64,000 bases of DNA, from positions 248,001-312,000 of the forward strand of contig JAKMXF010000365.1 of NCBI GenBank assembly GCA_024704765.1, in the 5' to 3' direction. The translations under genes were made by a program, and so were the position numbers. Numbering within the stretch: the first letter of the stretch is position 1; each line of letters starts with the position of its first letter. A model generated the notes under the pieces. That model saw only the letters and a program-made list of their open reading frames with translations, searched no databases and was not told the origin of the DNA. Of the stretch, positions 20,801 to 32,330 are shown piece after piece. This DNA is from Oopsacas minuta (lineage: Eukaryota; Animalia; Porifera).

Positions 20801-21243
20801 TATACACTCTATCGACTGTATCGCTACAATCAACTATACATTTATGCTGTATTATAGTATTAGTCACAGAGGCTAAGCTGTTAATGACTGATAAGGCATT
20901 AGACTTAGAAGCAGAATTTGAGGCTAACATACTCAATACAGCTGTATTCATAATATCCTTGTGTATGCAGCTAAATACCTGTACTATCAATTACAGAGGC
21001 CGTCCGTTTATCCCCAGTCTGTATGAGAATAAGCCTATGATTATTCTCCTAGCCCTAGGCTATATTTCTCTGTTCTCCCTGTCTCTAGGTATACCTGAAG
21101 AGTTCTGTGAGATGATGGATATTATTATTCTACCGGAGACTTTTCGTTTATATCTGCTAATGATATTAGTAGTAGATATTGTAGCTAGTTTTGCAGTAGA
21201 TTTTGTATTGTTATTATTATACAGGAAATTATGGATGAGGTAA
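17842..21243 (+). CDS. ATP13A1: P5A-type ATPase (ER transmembrane helix dislocase), intronless
   Basis: LTGES, PPELP, DKTGTLT, MITGDN, MCGDGTNDVGALK; P5A-type CTEPFR and SIASPFTS motifs. Confidence 0.95.
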   Translation: MPSIVHCDEIESYKLYKHRSFLLRGYAIPFMPIYGIILYQLSGIYNPPPGLEEEDQSLISLIFKSGLELPLALLIITLLAHTFMCLCCIWSVHIYCMITCSNVVSVHDATLVKVIPTPNNGSTELNQLIRRDGQIWFEFQKLRYIYDKSSQSFSPPSLEEGDCFNTYLTSQGLSSKEAFRREKLYGNCILTIDLPLFSELFLERATAPFFIFQLFCVLLWCLDEFWLYALFTLFMLVSLECMVVFQQKRNLSSIREMIREPETIQVYRDMKWEQLPSNLLVPGDIISIHVSRHELTSPCDALLLYGTLIVDEAMLTGESIPQHKESLGNRSGEEEFSFERDSKLNVVFSGTKVLQSEPAPRGATPLKPPNGGVIACVLRTGFNTSQGRLVRTILYGVKRVTANNIEALLFLVFLMQFAVLAAGYVWIHGTMDPTRSRYKLFLQCTFILTSVVPPELPIILSLAVNNSLISLLRSRIFCTEPFRLPNAGKLNFCCFDKTGTLTSSDITFMGVTNMSADNLTSELDHPKSRSIETQLVIGLCHSLASIRGGDMIGDPLEIAAFTASDWKLGKENKPQMPKSLKMAGSYHTARKFHFNSTVKRMSVICVNNNNHKTLVFTKGAPEAVLDLLLNVPHGYDRVHQELVCLGARVLVLAYKELSSNIKIFSSLSREEAETGLIFCGFICFSSAIKSDSKSSIRQLRRSSHRLMMITGDNPYTACYIAHELAMSNINKTLILTQRQEGWEWISPDRNINIPVNGLQHMKDLRSSYDLCVTGDGMLYVSNQFASEEWVQLVRIFARMSPKQKEQVVTSLNKHYYTLMCGDGTNDVGALKHAHIGVSLLSRPLTGEQADLPRPSLFDIAKMGRARRREELMKQTDLSDAPPPVRLGDASIASPFTSRSDSIAAVCNIVRHGRCTLVTILQMYKIIAISALISAYSQSALYLDGIKFSDLQAMLQGMFIAFSFMIFSRIKPLSDLSKHKPIPNVFNLYTLSTVSLQSTIHLCCIIVLVTEAKLLMTDKALDLEAEFEANILNTAVFIISLCMQLNTCTINYRGRPFIPSLYENKPMIILLALGYISLFSLSLGIPEEFCEMMDIIILPETFRLYLLMILVVDIVASFAVDFVLLLLYRKLWMR

Positions 21244-21464
21244 TAAATAGAGATAATTTGTAGATCAATTCATTCATTCATTATTTAATATTAAAATAAT
21301 TCTGTGGTGCTCAATCTGGGATCCATGGACTCTTTGTGGTCCAGGGAAGACAGCAGGGGCACACAGAATGTTGTCAAAATGGTATAGGAGTCAAATGTTG
21401 GGGACTAATATACCTCAGTGGTAGAGAAATTCATTTTTGAAACATCTAAGTACAGTTAGTTAAT

Positions 21465-22248
21465 ATGGATTCTTCACAAATCAGTGGGGTGAGGTCTCGT
21501 TTAGAAACAGACCGTATAGCTAAATACCTTACAGATAGGATCGAAGGAGTAGAGATAAACTTCTCTACACTCTGTCAAGATATAGCAGGGATTTCCAGGA
21601 AGCACGCACGGCTTAGAGATAAGTACGATCAGTTTGCTAAGGATCTGAGACAGTATGCTGACCAGGAACACACCACAGTGAAATTAGCTATCAATAGTTA
21701 TGCAGAATGTGTAGCTGGGCTAGAAGATTACAGACAGGTGATAAAATCATTAGTAGTATATTCTTGGAAAATAATATTTTTGTGATAATATTATCCAACT
21801 ATTCGATTCTGTGTAGGTAATGATCGACAGAATAGAAGCACGTGTATTACGCCCTCTACAAACATACAGTACAAACTGTAAGAAAGCGCGAGACAATATG
21901 AAAAGTCTACAGCATGTACGTGATAAAGAGCTAGTAAAACTACAGGCATTTGACCGTGTTAAAATCCGCGAGCCAGCTAACAAGAGCAAGTTAACTCAAT
22001 ATGAAAGTGAGATTCAGAAAACTAGAGTTGAAAGTGAGAGAGTATTAGGTGATACTCAGGAGCAAGCTGAGATGTTTGAGAAGAAAAAAGTTGAAGATCT
22101 CAAGAAAATATTTGGAGATTTTCTACAAACACATATGGCTTTCCACGCTAAAGCACTTAGCTTATACACAAGTGCATTCCAATTCCTCCGATCTGTTGAT
22201 GAGGTGGAACAACTGAATGCATTCAAACAGAACATTAATCCTCATTAA
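21465..22248 (+). CDS. CIBAR1: CBY1-interacting BAR domain protein (FAM92/CIBAR); exons 21465-21737, 21817-22248
   Basis: RKHARLRDK, LEDYRQ, FHAKAL motifs; phase-0 intron CAG|gtgata...gtgtag|GTA joins the two ORF-track fragments. Confidence 0.88.
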
Positions 22249-22479
22249 TAATAATACACTTACATCACTAAAGCTATTAAATAAACTACAAAATATTAGA
22301 ATTCGGTACTTGGCTCTATCAGTATGAAATGGAGTGATAATTATAATAAATAAACAAATTAATTAGTAAATAAATAACAACAACATAAAATAGCAAAACG
22401 AATCTAGTAATCAGCAGAATAAATATTTTGGTGTAATAGCAAAAATCAAGAATATCTGACACAATTTGGTGGAAATGAA

Positions 22480-23320
22480 TCACACAACAGTTTCTTGATC
22501 TGGAGGACTTGGTGAAGTGACTTTTGCGTCAGGCTTACTGTTACCATTTTGTGAGTTACCCACTACTACAGTAGCTATAACTAAGGTTACAACTACAACT
22601 ACAAACAACAAGAGGATAATAAATATTATTATAATTGCGATGTATAAGCCCTGATTAGCTTGAAATCCTGATACACCCGGCACTTGGATACAATTGGAAG
22701 AATTGGAATTATCTGCAATACCTTGAGTGCATATGCAATTGAAGCTACCATTCAAATTTATACAATCCTCCTCACAGCCTCCGTTATTGATAAGACACTC
22801 GTTAATATCTTCACAAGTTCTACCATCTATTAACATGTAGCCTGTTTTACAAGTGCATTCATATGAACCTAATGTGTTGGTACAGTTATGCTCGCATCCA
22901 TGTGTATTACCTGCACACTCATCAACGTCTTCACATGTAGTATTAGTCAGTTCCATATACCCACCATAACATCCACATAAATAATATCCTATTGTATTAT
23001 TACAAGTTTGCTCACAGTCTCCGTTATTGTTAAAGCACTCGTCAATGTCTGAACAATTTCTGCCATCCATTAACATGTAGCCAGTTTTACAACTACACTC
23101 ATATGACCCTAATGTGTTGTTACAGATATGCTCGCAGCTATGATTTCCATCGCACTCGTTGATATCTGAACAATTTCTACCATCCATTAACATGTAGCCT
23201 GTTTTACAACTACACTCATATGAACCTAATGTGTTGTTGCAGTTATGCTCGCATCCATCTGTATCCTCGGAACATTCATCAATATCTTCACATGTAGTAT
23301 TAGTCAGTTCCATATACCCA
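22480..23320 (-). CDS. Single-pass membrane protein with tandem calcium-binding EGF repeats; 5' part lost in the assembly gap
   Basis: About six cbEGF units (C.D[IV][DN]EC...C.NT.GSY.C.C..GY), TM LYIAIIIIFIILLLFVVVVVTLVIATVVV, short tail. Confidence 0.85.
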
Positions 23321-23473
23321 NNNNNNNNNNNNNNNNNNNNNNNNNNNNNNNNNNNNNNNNNNNNNNNNNNNNNNNNNNNNNNNNNNNNNNNNNNNNNNNN
23401 NNNNNNNNNNNNNNNNNNNNNNNNNNNNNNNNNNNNNNNNNNNNNNNNNNNNNNNNNNNNNNNNNNNNNNNNN
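23321..23473. other. Assembly gap (~153 N)
   Basis: Run of N; true length unknown. Confidence 0.99.
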
Positions 23474-23685
23474 NGTAGGTATACTGGTAGGTATACTGTA
23501 GGTATACTGTAGGTATACTGGTAGGTATACTGGTAGGTATACTGTAGGTATGCTGGTAGGTATGCTGGTAGGTATACTGGTAGGTATACTGTAGGTATGC
23601 TGGTAGGTATACTGGTAGGTATACTGTAGGTATGCTGGTAGGTATACTGGTAGGTATACTGTAGGTATGCTGGTAGGTATACTGT
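23474..23685. repeat. Minisatellite of mixed 11/12-bp units GTAGGTAT(A/G)CT(G)
   Basis: Directly visible tandem array abutting the gap. Confidence 0.95.
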
Positions 23686-24282
23686 TGTACTTGAGTAGCA
23701 GGCAGTACATCTACACGAAATTGTCTTACTCTGTATTATTCTCATTATTTGAATTAATCGATAAAATTACGAATTACAAATGTCTAATTCGTTATCAATA
23801 ATGGATTTTTGCTCACATATTCAATGCTAAAATAGGTAGTGATCTTGTATGTAAAGTATTATACATTTCATAAACTGCTGACTTTAGTCCAAAGTACAAC
23901 ATTCGCTGTGGACAAGACATAAAATGCTAAGCGACCAAATTCTCGCAGCTAGCATATATTATTATAGGAATAACTTGTGTAAATTATCAAATAACATTAT
24001 GTAATAAGTTCTTCTACACTTCAGCAACTAATGGAATGATTACTTGAATGAATAATTAGTCATAAGCAAGTAGTGTACCTACAAATTGTTAGCTTTGTAA
24101 TCTATTGAAAGCTCGTTGCCTAATAGCGGGCATTTTACAAGAATATTGCTATTTGGAGCAACGATCGCAACCAGGCAATGTATTCAGTCCTTCTTTTCCA
24201 GTTCAGTACGTTAATCAATATATGCGATTTCATAGATGCCAGCTATAAGCACTATCCTCTGGAAAACGATTCTCAATATATT

Positions 24283-24356
24283 CCTGTATATTTAATCCGG
24301 TTATAAGGACATGTATTGCTACTCGTAAGGAGGTTCTTTACAAGCGGCATGTCGTT
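24283..24356. mobile_element. MITE family A fragment, reverse orientation
   Basis: Reverse complement reads ...gagtagcaatacatgtccttataaccggattaaatatacaggaa, matching the copy at 14309. Confidence 0.55.
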
Positions 24357-24555
24357 AAAATAACAGAATAAAGTGAATACAAATATAATTACTGAACAAA
24401 ACTAAAACAAACTACAAATAATTTATTTACAGATATAAAATATAAAATAAATCCGTTACAAGTTGGATTAATCTACACAGAAAACACAATCTTATATCCA
24501 ATATTCAAAAGATCATACAAAGAGGATTAAACTGTTATAAAATAATTCGCAGGTG

Positions 24556-27500
24556 TTATTGGTTGGTTGTAGAGGGTAGATGGCTACTGGAGTTTAGTTC
24601 AGGGTTCCAGGATGCTGCTGACATTGGTAAGAGGAGGTTTGGATGCGTCCTTAGAATATTTCCTTGTGAAATAGACGAGGAGGTGTTTATTGGAGCAGCG
24701 GATAGGTAACCAGTTAATCTATCGTGATTATCTTCCTCTATATACGAATAGAAATTAGATAAATATATATTGAAACAATTCAAATATATAATTTTACCGT
24801 TAAGTGAGCGTAGATGTACAAAGTTAGTAAGTGGATCTTTGAATTGTCTGTATTGCCTTAATTCTGCTTTTAGCATTGTATTCTCTCCCTACAGATAACA
24901 CAAATTAGTAAAATTCAATAAGCAGTAGGAAAGTAGCACTAGTTTATACGGATAACTTACTTTTAAATGATCAACTTCATCTACTAAACTGTTAATATGT
25001 TTCTCAAGGCCAGTCACCCATATTTTCTTCTTGTTTCGGCAGCGAGTAGCTGCGGCCCTGTTCCGTTCTAAATATCTCTTCCTCTTTTCAACGGGGTCTT
25101 CATCTAAGATTGGTTTACGGCCTCTCTTCCTATAGAACAATACACGAATAAATTTTGTATAAATCACTAGAAATAATGTATTTGCATAGCAACGTACTTT
25201 TTGATAGGAATGCCAGTCATAGACATGGTTGTATCGTGTGAAGCACTAGCTGTAGTAGATATTGAATCAGACTGTAGAGAATCACTACTTGATGTTTTAT
25301 GCTGTAGAAGCAAGCTTGAGGAGTCCTGTTAGATAATTATAATTATTAATCTTTGACTTTTGTTGTATATATATATACCATTGGAGTTGTATAAATGTGA
25401 TACTAGTAGATGTAATCTCTTGAAATCATTTTCACAATTTCAACATTATCTAGACTATATTACATAATATACATTTCTATTCTTATATTGTGTAATATTG
25501 GTGGACAACAACAAAGTTGTTATGAGAGACTATCCTCGTGGATATATTGTTTGATATGTTTTTAGGACAATTTACTATTATCCACATATATAACATTATA
25601 TCAGTATTACCAGTTGTTATTATATTCCTTACATGGTGTTACGATTATTAGGATAAATTATTTAAATAGCTAATTAGTGATTCAATTGTTATGTAACAAA
25701 CAGGATTGACTTACCCCAGAGAGTTCCTGTGCATATCCTATTTGGGGACAAACGTTCTCGTCAATAGATAGTTGCCCCCTAGGGAACGGGATATCAGATG
25801 AATACTCGTTAGAGGTGTTTGGTCCATATATGGTACTGCTGGATGAGGTACTGATATTGCTATCATGTTGAGACTCGTTTGGAATAGTTTGTAGACCGTT
25901 AGGGATCATTTCATTTAAGTAACGACGATCTTTTGCTATTGACATTGCAAGGGTGTCACAATTGTCATCTGTCACCTTCTTAAATAGCTAAATATAGAAG
26001 TGTTAAATGCGCGTATTTTATGCAAATATGTAAATAAATAACGTACAGGGTCAAAAGGTGATGGATGGTTGTGCTCCTGATATTCATTAGCTCCGATTAA
26101 TCTCAGAAATCTTGTTGGAGTAGGCGTATCATCTGAAATAGAATAATTATAATAAATAATATTTGTATATATTTATGCTAATTCTGTGCTATAAAATGAA
26201 TCCCTGTATTTACCTCGTTCATTGAAAGAACAGCTAGGTTGTCTATATACAGCTGGGACTTGGTTATATGGATTGAACTTAGTTTCATAGCTCTGGTATA
26301 AGTTGGGATAAATGTCATTATAGCTGCTTATATTGCTATGGAAGCTCTCCATAGTAGTATTTGTATTGTACTTCTCTTCATATGCCTCGTAGTAATTTTC
26401 GAGGCCATAATCATAAGCATTTATACCGGTGCATTGGGGATAAAGATTTAGACACTGATCGCTCTGCATTTTGTTTATTCCGTATTTACAAATGTTTAGA
26501 CTTTCTACTATTCACTCAATTGTTGGTTTATATATACTATGTGTACCGTGTAACAACAACGTAAATAAATCCCTCCGCATAGCTATGACACAGACCAGAC
26601 CAGACTATGAACCACTTAACATAATTTTTCCTATTTCAATTCGAGGTAAATACCCACAATATTTTGATTATTATTCAATTAGCTCACCCATGAATGACAA
26701 CTCTCCTCCTATCCTCAACTTCATCTCATGTTTGTGTTGTTGTTGATGTATTGCATATTCTTCTGCTGTATTAAATCTCTATAGGACACAAAACAAAACA
26801 AATTGAAACTATTTATGCCAGACATAAACAAACATTTAATAATATTAATACTAAACCCACTCTGTACTTTCAATTGGGAAAATTAACCTAAAGCTCTTAT
26901 GCGGTGATATAATGTGTCTGGGGATAGGGGTTATATCATTAATTATTAGTAATAGACACGTAAATATTTATTTGTTGACTCCGGTTAATTTGGCTAATAA
27001 TTAAGTTATTTCTATCTTAAGCTAAGCAATTTCTGAAGAAGTTTGTTAATAATATTTATTTTGAGGGCATAATACTTTGATAATGTTTTACAGGTTTAGA
27101 TTAATTCGTGTAAGGTGTGTTCGCTCATATCTGCGAATTTTCCATGTACAAACTTGTTCCTTATATTAATCAAATACGATTCAACATGATTATAATAAAC
27201 TTGAGAATTTCATGTCTCAATAGAACAGTCTCTTACAACTCCTGGGTCCCTCCCCCCTCTTAAATTAATTGGCCTCTGGATCCAATTACCCTCGATCCAG
27301 CTTCCCCAGTTTCTAGCTGAAAGCATATCTTATTCGGACATGATATTCTATGAAAATTACAACATCTTACAATAAGCAAATATTCTAGTAAAATTACGAC
27401 TACTGCTTCCCCCAGCTTACTATCAAAAGCTCACAAATATGCTGTAAGATATTTTAAGAAATTTATCAGAGCTATGCCATCTAAGAAGTTGAATATTTCC

Positions 27501-28166
27501 AATACATTTGATCCACAAAGCATCGGGACCTTAAGTACGATTAATCCTATTCCTCTAAGCCTTGCACAAAATAAGAAAATTTACACAAAGTTATTCTATG
27601 TACATATTAGGTAATCGAATTCTCTCAAAGACTACTGATTAGGGATAGTTAATGAATAATTACTAAAGTATTGGAAATATGGGAATGAGAAAAAATAGCT
27701 ATTTACACTGATCCAATTTGTATTATTCCCTTAAGAATCTACCCAGTAGCGATGTAATTGTGTCTCTGGAATAATGTAATGTTAAAATATTGAGAGATTT
27801 TAGAAAGCTCAAGGATCAAATTTCTGATCGTATAGCTATGCTGTATGAAGCTAGTTTATTTCATTCATTGTGTAATACAGTATTGTACTACTGGAATGGT
27901 TGTTTAAAGGAAAAGTTGGAAGAATCTTAACTTCCAATTTGTTAAACTAATTTCTCTATATTTTATTTACAAACCATAAATCAATATAAAGTATAATTAT
28001 GACGATATCTTACCTCTTCACATCTTGGCATCTGACAAGTGAAATCGAATTTCTGTAATTCATCAGAGAAAGTACTATTCCTCTTAGTAGTAGGAGTGGG
28101 GGTTGTTGTGATATCAATAGATTCTATAGAGCTAGTAGACATTCTTACTACAGGACGAATAAACAT
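24556..28166 (-). CDS. ATF2/ATF7/CREB5-like bZIP factor with N-terminal C2H2 finger; multi-exon, some middle junctions unresolved
   Basis: FTCQMPRCEE|RFNTAEEYAIHQQQHKHEM (exons near 28.0 and 26.7 kb), DTPTPTRFL exon 26132-26047, bZIP EDPVEKRKRYLERNRAAATRCRNKKKIWV; start either 28166 or 28142. Confidence 0.85.
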
Positions 28167-31100
28167 TAATACATGTCCTATACATAACTAAATTATCAGA
28201 GAGTATTTGTCTAAAATTTGCATATTTCTAGCTTAAGATATGCAGGTTGTTAAATAACAGTAATTGCTATCTGTTGAGGATAATGACAGTATTAGAAAAG
28301 CCATATATGTCAGGATATTTATCTTATCATCTGTTTGTAAGGATAAGCTATAGTAATTGAAAGTATCTAGGATAGACAAGTTCTTATGAATTACAGGAAA
28401 ATTGTCAGTTGTCAGAATTTTCATCTGTGCAGGGAATTGTCAAAAGACTTTCGCGTATAATTCGTTAGAGTTTCTTGGATATTGGCTAGCACAATAACTA
28501 AAATTCCAAAGAACATTTGGCATTCGATTTACGAGAATTATACCCAATATATACTTGGGATGGACTCTGTGTTAAGTATGCGAAAATCTGATGAGAGGTA
28601 CCTACATTACTTGCTAGAAATACTAATTTTTCAAAACTATGAGTTTCACAAACTTATATTTCTAATTTGAGGATGATTTATATGTGTTATGAGCTAATTT
28701 AAGAACAACTTAGCATCAGAGCATTGCAAAGTTTTACACGAATCAAAATTACTGAGCAATCACAAGTACCACATGACATACTTTGCAACCTAGCTAAGGA
28801 ATTTTGCTATATTTATGAAATAGAATGAAGGAATGCTTACCGTTAGCTATGAGTATATACAACTATTAGACCGGGAAATAGGCAACAAATTAGAAGAGAT
28901 TTGAATAATATTTTCATCCTCAATCAAGTTTATATATAACTTCAATTCATTGCTTATTAATATGATAAATAATATTATATAATACTAAATTACAATTACA
29001 AATATTATAATATTAATATTAATCTTTTATTGCGATTATTCTAATTCACAAATACAAATACAAAATGTCCATCTTTGACATAACTAAATGATTAATATCG
29101 ATTAATCTGAATTCAAATAAATAACATTATTAATATCGATTCAGAAGAAATATTAGCGTACACACAGGAGTCCTCCTTCATATTTTAAATATTCTAATTA
29201 ATGGAAATCATTCTAATAATATGGACAAGTTTCGACATGTTCTCAGTAGAATAGATAAAAGTTTATAGCAAATGCATTAGGTAATAGTATAATCATGAAG
29301 TCTCGTAATCAAGTGATCTACAGTGTGTTGCAATTTGAAGATAATGAAATAATATATTCACATGTAAGATACAGTACAGCACTGATTTAGATATTAACAG
29401 AGTTTAGAGTTGTAGGTTGTCACAAGAAATCACATTAAAGATTACGTAATGTCATAAGCTGAAGCCGAGCTAGTTTACTGCTAATACCCAGTATTAGTTT
29501 ACTAATGTTAGAGTCAGAACATTGAGTAAAGTGCAAAGATTACATTTGTTACATTTGTTGCAATATAATTGAGGTTTGTTTGCCAAAGAGTGTATATTTG
29601 TATTTTATTGATAATAATGACTTAGAATTTAAAATTTGCAATATAAGCATTTGTTCCGTAGAATAGTCAATGATTAAAAGCATTGACTGCTTTGTTGTTA
29701 TTTGTATTACATCCATGGTTATATTAGTAATCTTTAATTGTAATTTAGTTTTCAGGTAATGTTTGATGAGTTTATTTACAACTATTATATCGCAGGAAGT
29801 GATATATACTAAAAATTGGACTCAATAGAAAGTGCTCGTCAGCCGTGAAAATAATTGCATCCGGTTCGTATACAATATTTTGTTGTAGATTCCATTCACT
29901 GGCGTATTTTTCATAAAATTCAATAATCAATGCTTCCAATAAAATGTGACATTCCACATCTGTTGCTACATGCACGATTAAGAGTTCAAATAACATAGAA
30001 GATGATGTCATTTATAGAATCTTTACAGGTTTATTGTACTCTTAACTTTTTAGTGTTCCTCACATTTACATTGGCTTTGCTAGATTATTTAGGAATCCTT
30101 GACACTACAAAACACTTATTTTACTATTCTACAATCCACAAATCCTTGATTTAGCCTATTTAGCTACAAAAAGTGAAAGCATGAATGCTGTGTGGTTACT
30201 AATGGCTCTCAGATATGTAGATTTATGCTAGTGGAGAATGTAAGCATTGAAATGGTGCAATGTATGTTGTAGATATCTAAAATTGAATATTATAGAGCTT
30301 CGAGAGGGTATGTAGCTATAAGAAGCGATTGAAGTCGACAAACAGACCAGTTAGAGAGGACAGCTGATGACTGAAATGTATCAACAGTTGAGAAGATGGA
30401 AAATTACTTTATCAAAAAATTGAATATTACACATTATGTCACCTTCTCCACTGACTCCACACATAAATTATAATCCAAGAATTCCTGTTTGGGAATACAA
30501 CTCATATATTCTACGATAATACATGTATTATGTAATGATGTATGGTTTGGCTCGCTGTATGAATAATAAAATAAAATCATAGACTCACCTCAAACAGTTG
30601 AATGTAATTTATACCACAAAACTAAACAGCTATGATAAATGCGTAAAATAGTATTTTTATGATGTATGTAATGTTTGCTAGCTACTTATACTGCAGTGTA
30701 GTCATGGTAGTCCTATTTATCATTACATCAGTGATAGAGCTAAGATAGATTAGTTAATAAGTAATGTAATCTAAGACTTCAATGCAGTGCAATGCATACA
30801 GTAACAGCAAAGCAGTTTATTATGTCAGAATATTTAGATTGCGTAACTTTAATTCTTGTGTTTAATACGATTTCTCAATCCGAGGCAATGGATAAGACAA
30901 ATTGTGAGAATAAGAAAGTGTTTATGGGAGAAATGATACTCAAAGACTATTCGAAACCATCTCCGAATCGATTGTTGTTCGAATCCCATTGAATAGAGAA
31001 TCGAACACGTGACAGATAAGGCTTTATAATCTGTTGCTATATAATGGCCTATAGTCATTGAAATAGTACAAGTCAATTAATATTTAATAGTTTAGCTTAA

Positions 31101-31228
31101 AAGTATAATTTTTCTAATTAAAATTCTCTATGAATATGAACACCATATAGAATAATTAAATAAGTGAAGCAGTATTTGCTACAGAGTAATTCTTCTACTG
31201 TTCTCTACCAATTTTACCAGGAGCTTTC

Positions 31229-31657
31229 TCATACTATTGAGGTTTCACCAGATAGATAATCAAGTGTATGGGAGACGAATGGTATACCGGCTACATTACT
31301 AATTACTGGGAGATTTCTTGTAAAGGTTATTGCTGTAGGAAGGAAAGTGCTGAAAAGTTTTAGAATGCCGAAACTCTCCACTAGCATACCGATAAAGGTC
31401 CATCTTATCAAGATTAAAAATAGTCCTGCAAACATGAAGAGCGAGCCGAAAATCCGTTTCTGACTGAAAAAGAAATTCGTTGTACGGGATAACCCGAGTA
31501 TCATAAAAATACCAGCGAGGAAAAGTAGGTTACCAAAAGCGAGTAGAGCTCTGTCAAATAACATAAACACACCAAGAATCAGGAAGAAGCATCCGAATGA
31601 GACAGCTCCTATCCCAATCTTCTGGAGGTCTGAGATCCCCATGAAGTCTCCAAACAT
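31229..31657 (-). CDS. GOLT1B: Golgi transport protein Got1/GOLT1
   Basis: DLQKIGIG...FDRALLAFGNLLFLAG...VESFGILKLF. Confidence 0.9.
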   Translation of the reverse strand: MFGDFMGISDLQKIGIGAVSFGCFFLILGVFMLFDRALLAFGNLLFLAGIFMILGLSRTTNFFFSQKRIFGSLFMFAGLFLILIRWTFIGMLVESFGILKLFSTFLPTAITFTRNLPVISNVAGIPFVSHTLDYLSGETSIV

Positions 31658-32330
31658 GTTTAACAGCTAGAGTGATGAAATATTGTAATAAACAAATTTA
31701 TAATATGATATTATGATGTTGCGGACTTCATTTATACAACTAAAATTCGTATATAGCTATCCTATTGTTTGTCCGTTATATTATGTCTAATGTCTGTATA
31801 ACGTTTCTTATATTACGGCATTACTCCTAGAAATATTAACCCAATATTTAGAATAATATTTGAGTTGATAGCACGTCTGGAGTAATTCTATCTTTACTCT
31901 TTAAAATTCAATAAAATGCAAATAATTGCAATATCAGTTTTACAGAAAATTACCAAATTAGTTAAACAATTCACAAGCTTGAACCTTAAATCGGATGGTA
32001 AAGGAAGAAAAAAGTTTGCACTTTTGATTACAAACTAGGAATATAAACTTAGTACTCTAGGAAGTGTAATAAATATTCTGAAAATAATAATTACTGATAA
32101 TTACAATTAGTACATAATAAAGCTATAGAAATACAAATCTACAGAAATAATCAAAGTAATCTGAGCAGATAAATCACAAATGAGAGGACTTTAGGAGGCT
32201 ATTATACAATTTCTATAGGATAAAGTTTCACTGAGAATAGGTGCATTAACCATGTGTAAATCAATCAAGTAATTAGCTATACTCAATTGAAAGATTGAAT
32301 TATTAGTTGTGGAGGACAGATTATTATTCA

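Noticed and set aside
21414-21427. CTCAGTGGTAGAG resembling a tRNA D-arm / A box
   Set aside because: No B box (GTTCGA), anticodon arm or acceptor stem follows.
23474-23685. Repeat array as a CRISPR
   Set aside because: Units are contiguous 11-12-mers without unique spacers, there are no cas genes, and the context is eukaryotic.
23474-23745. N-terminal part of the 421-aa ORF (MRIIQSK...QYTY repeats) as the real start of the EGF protein
   Set aside because: It is a stop-free minisatellite read across an N gap; there is no signal peptide and the frame across the Ns is meaningless.
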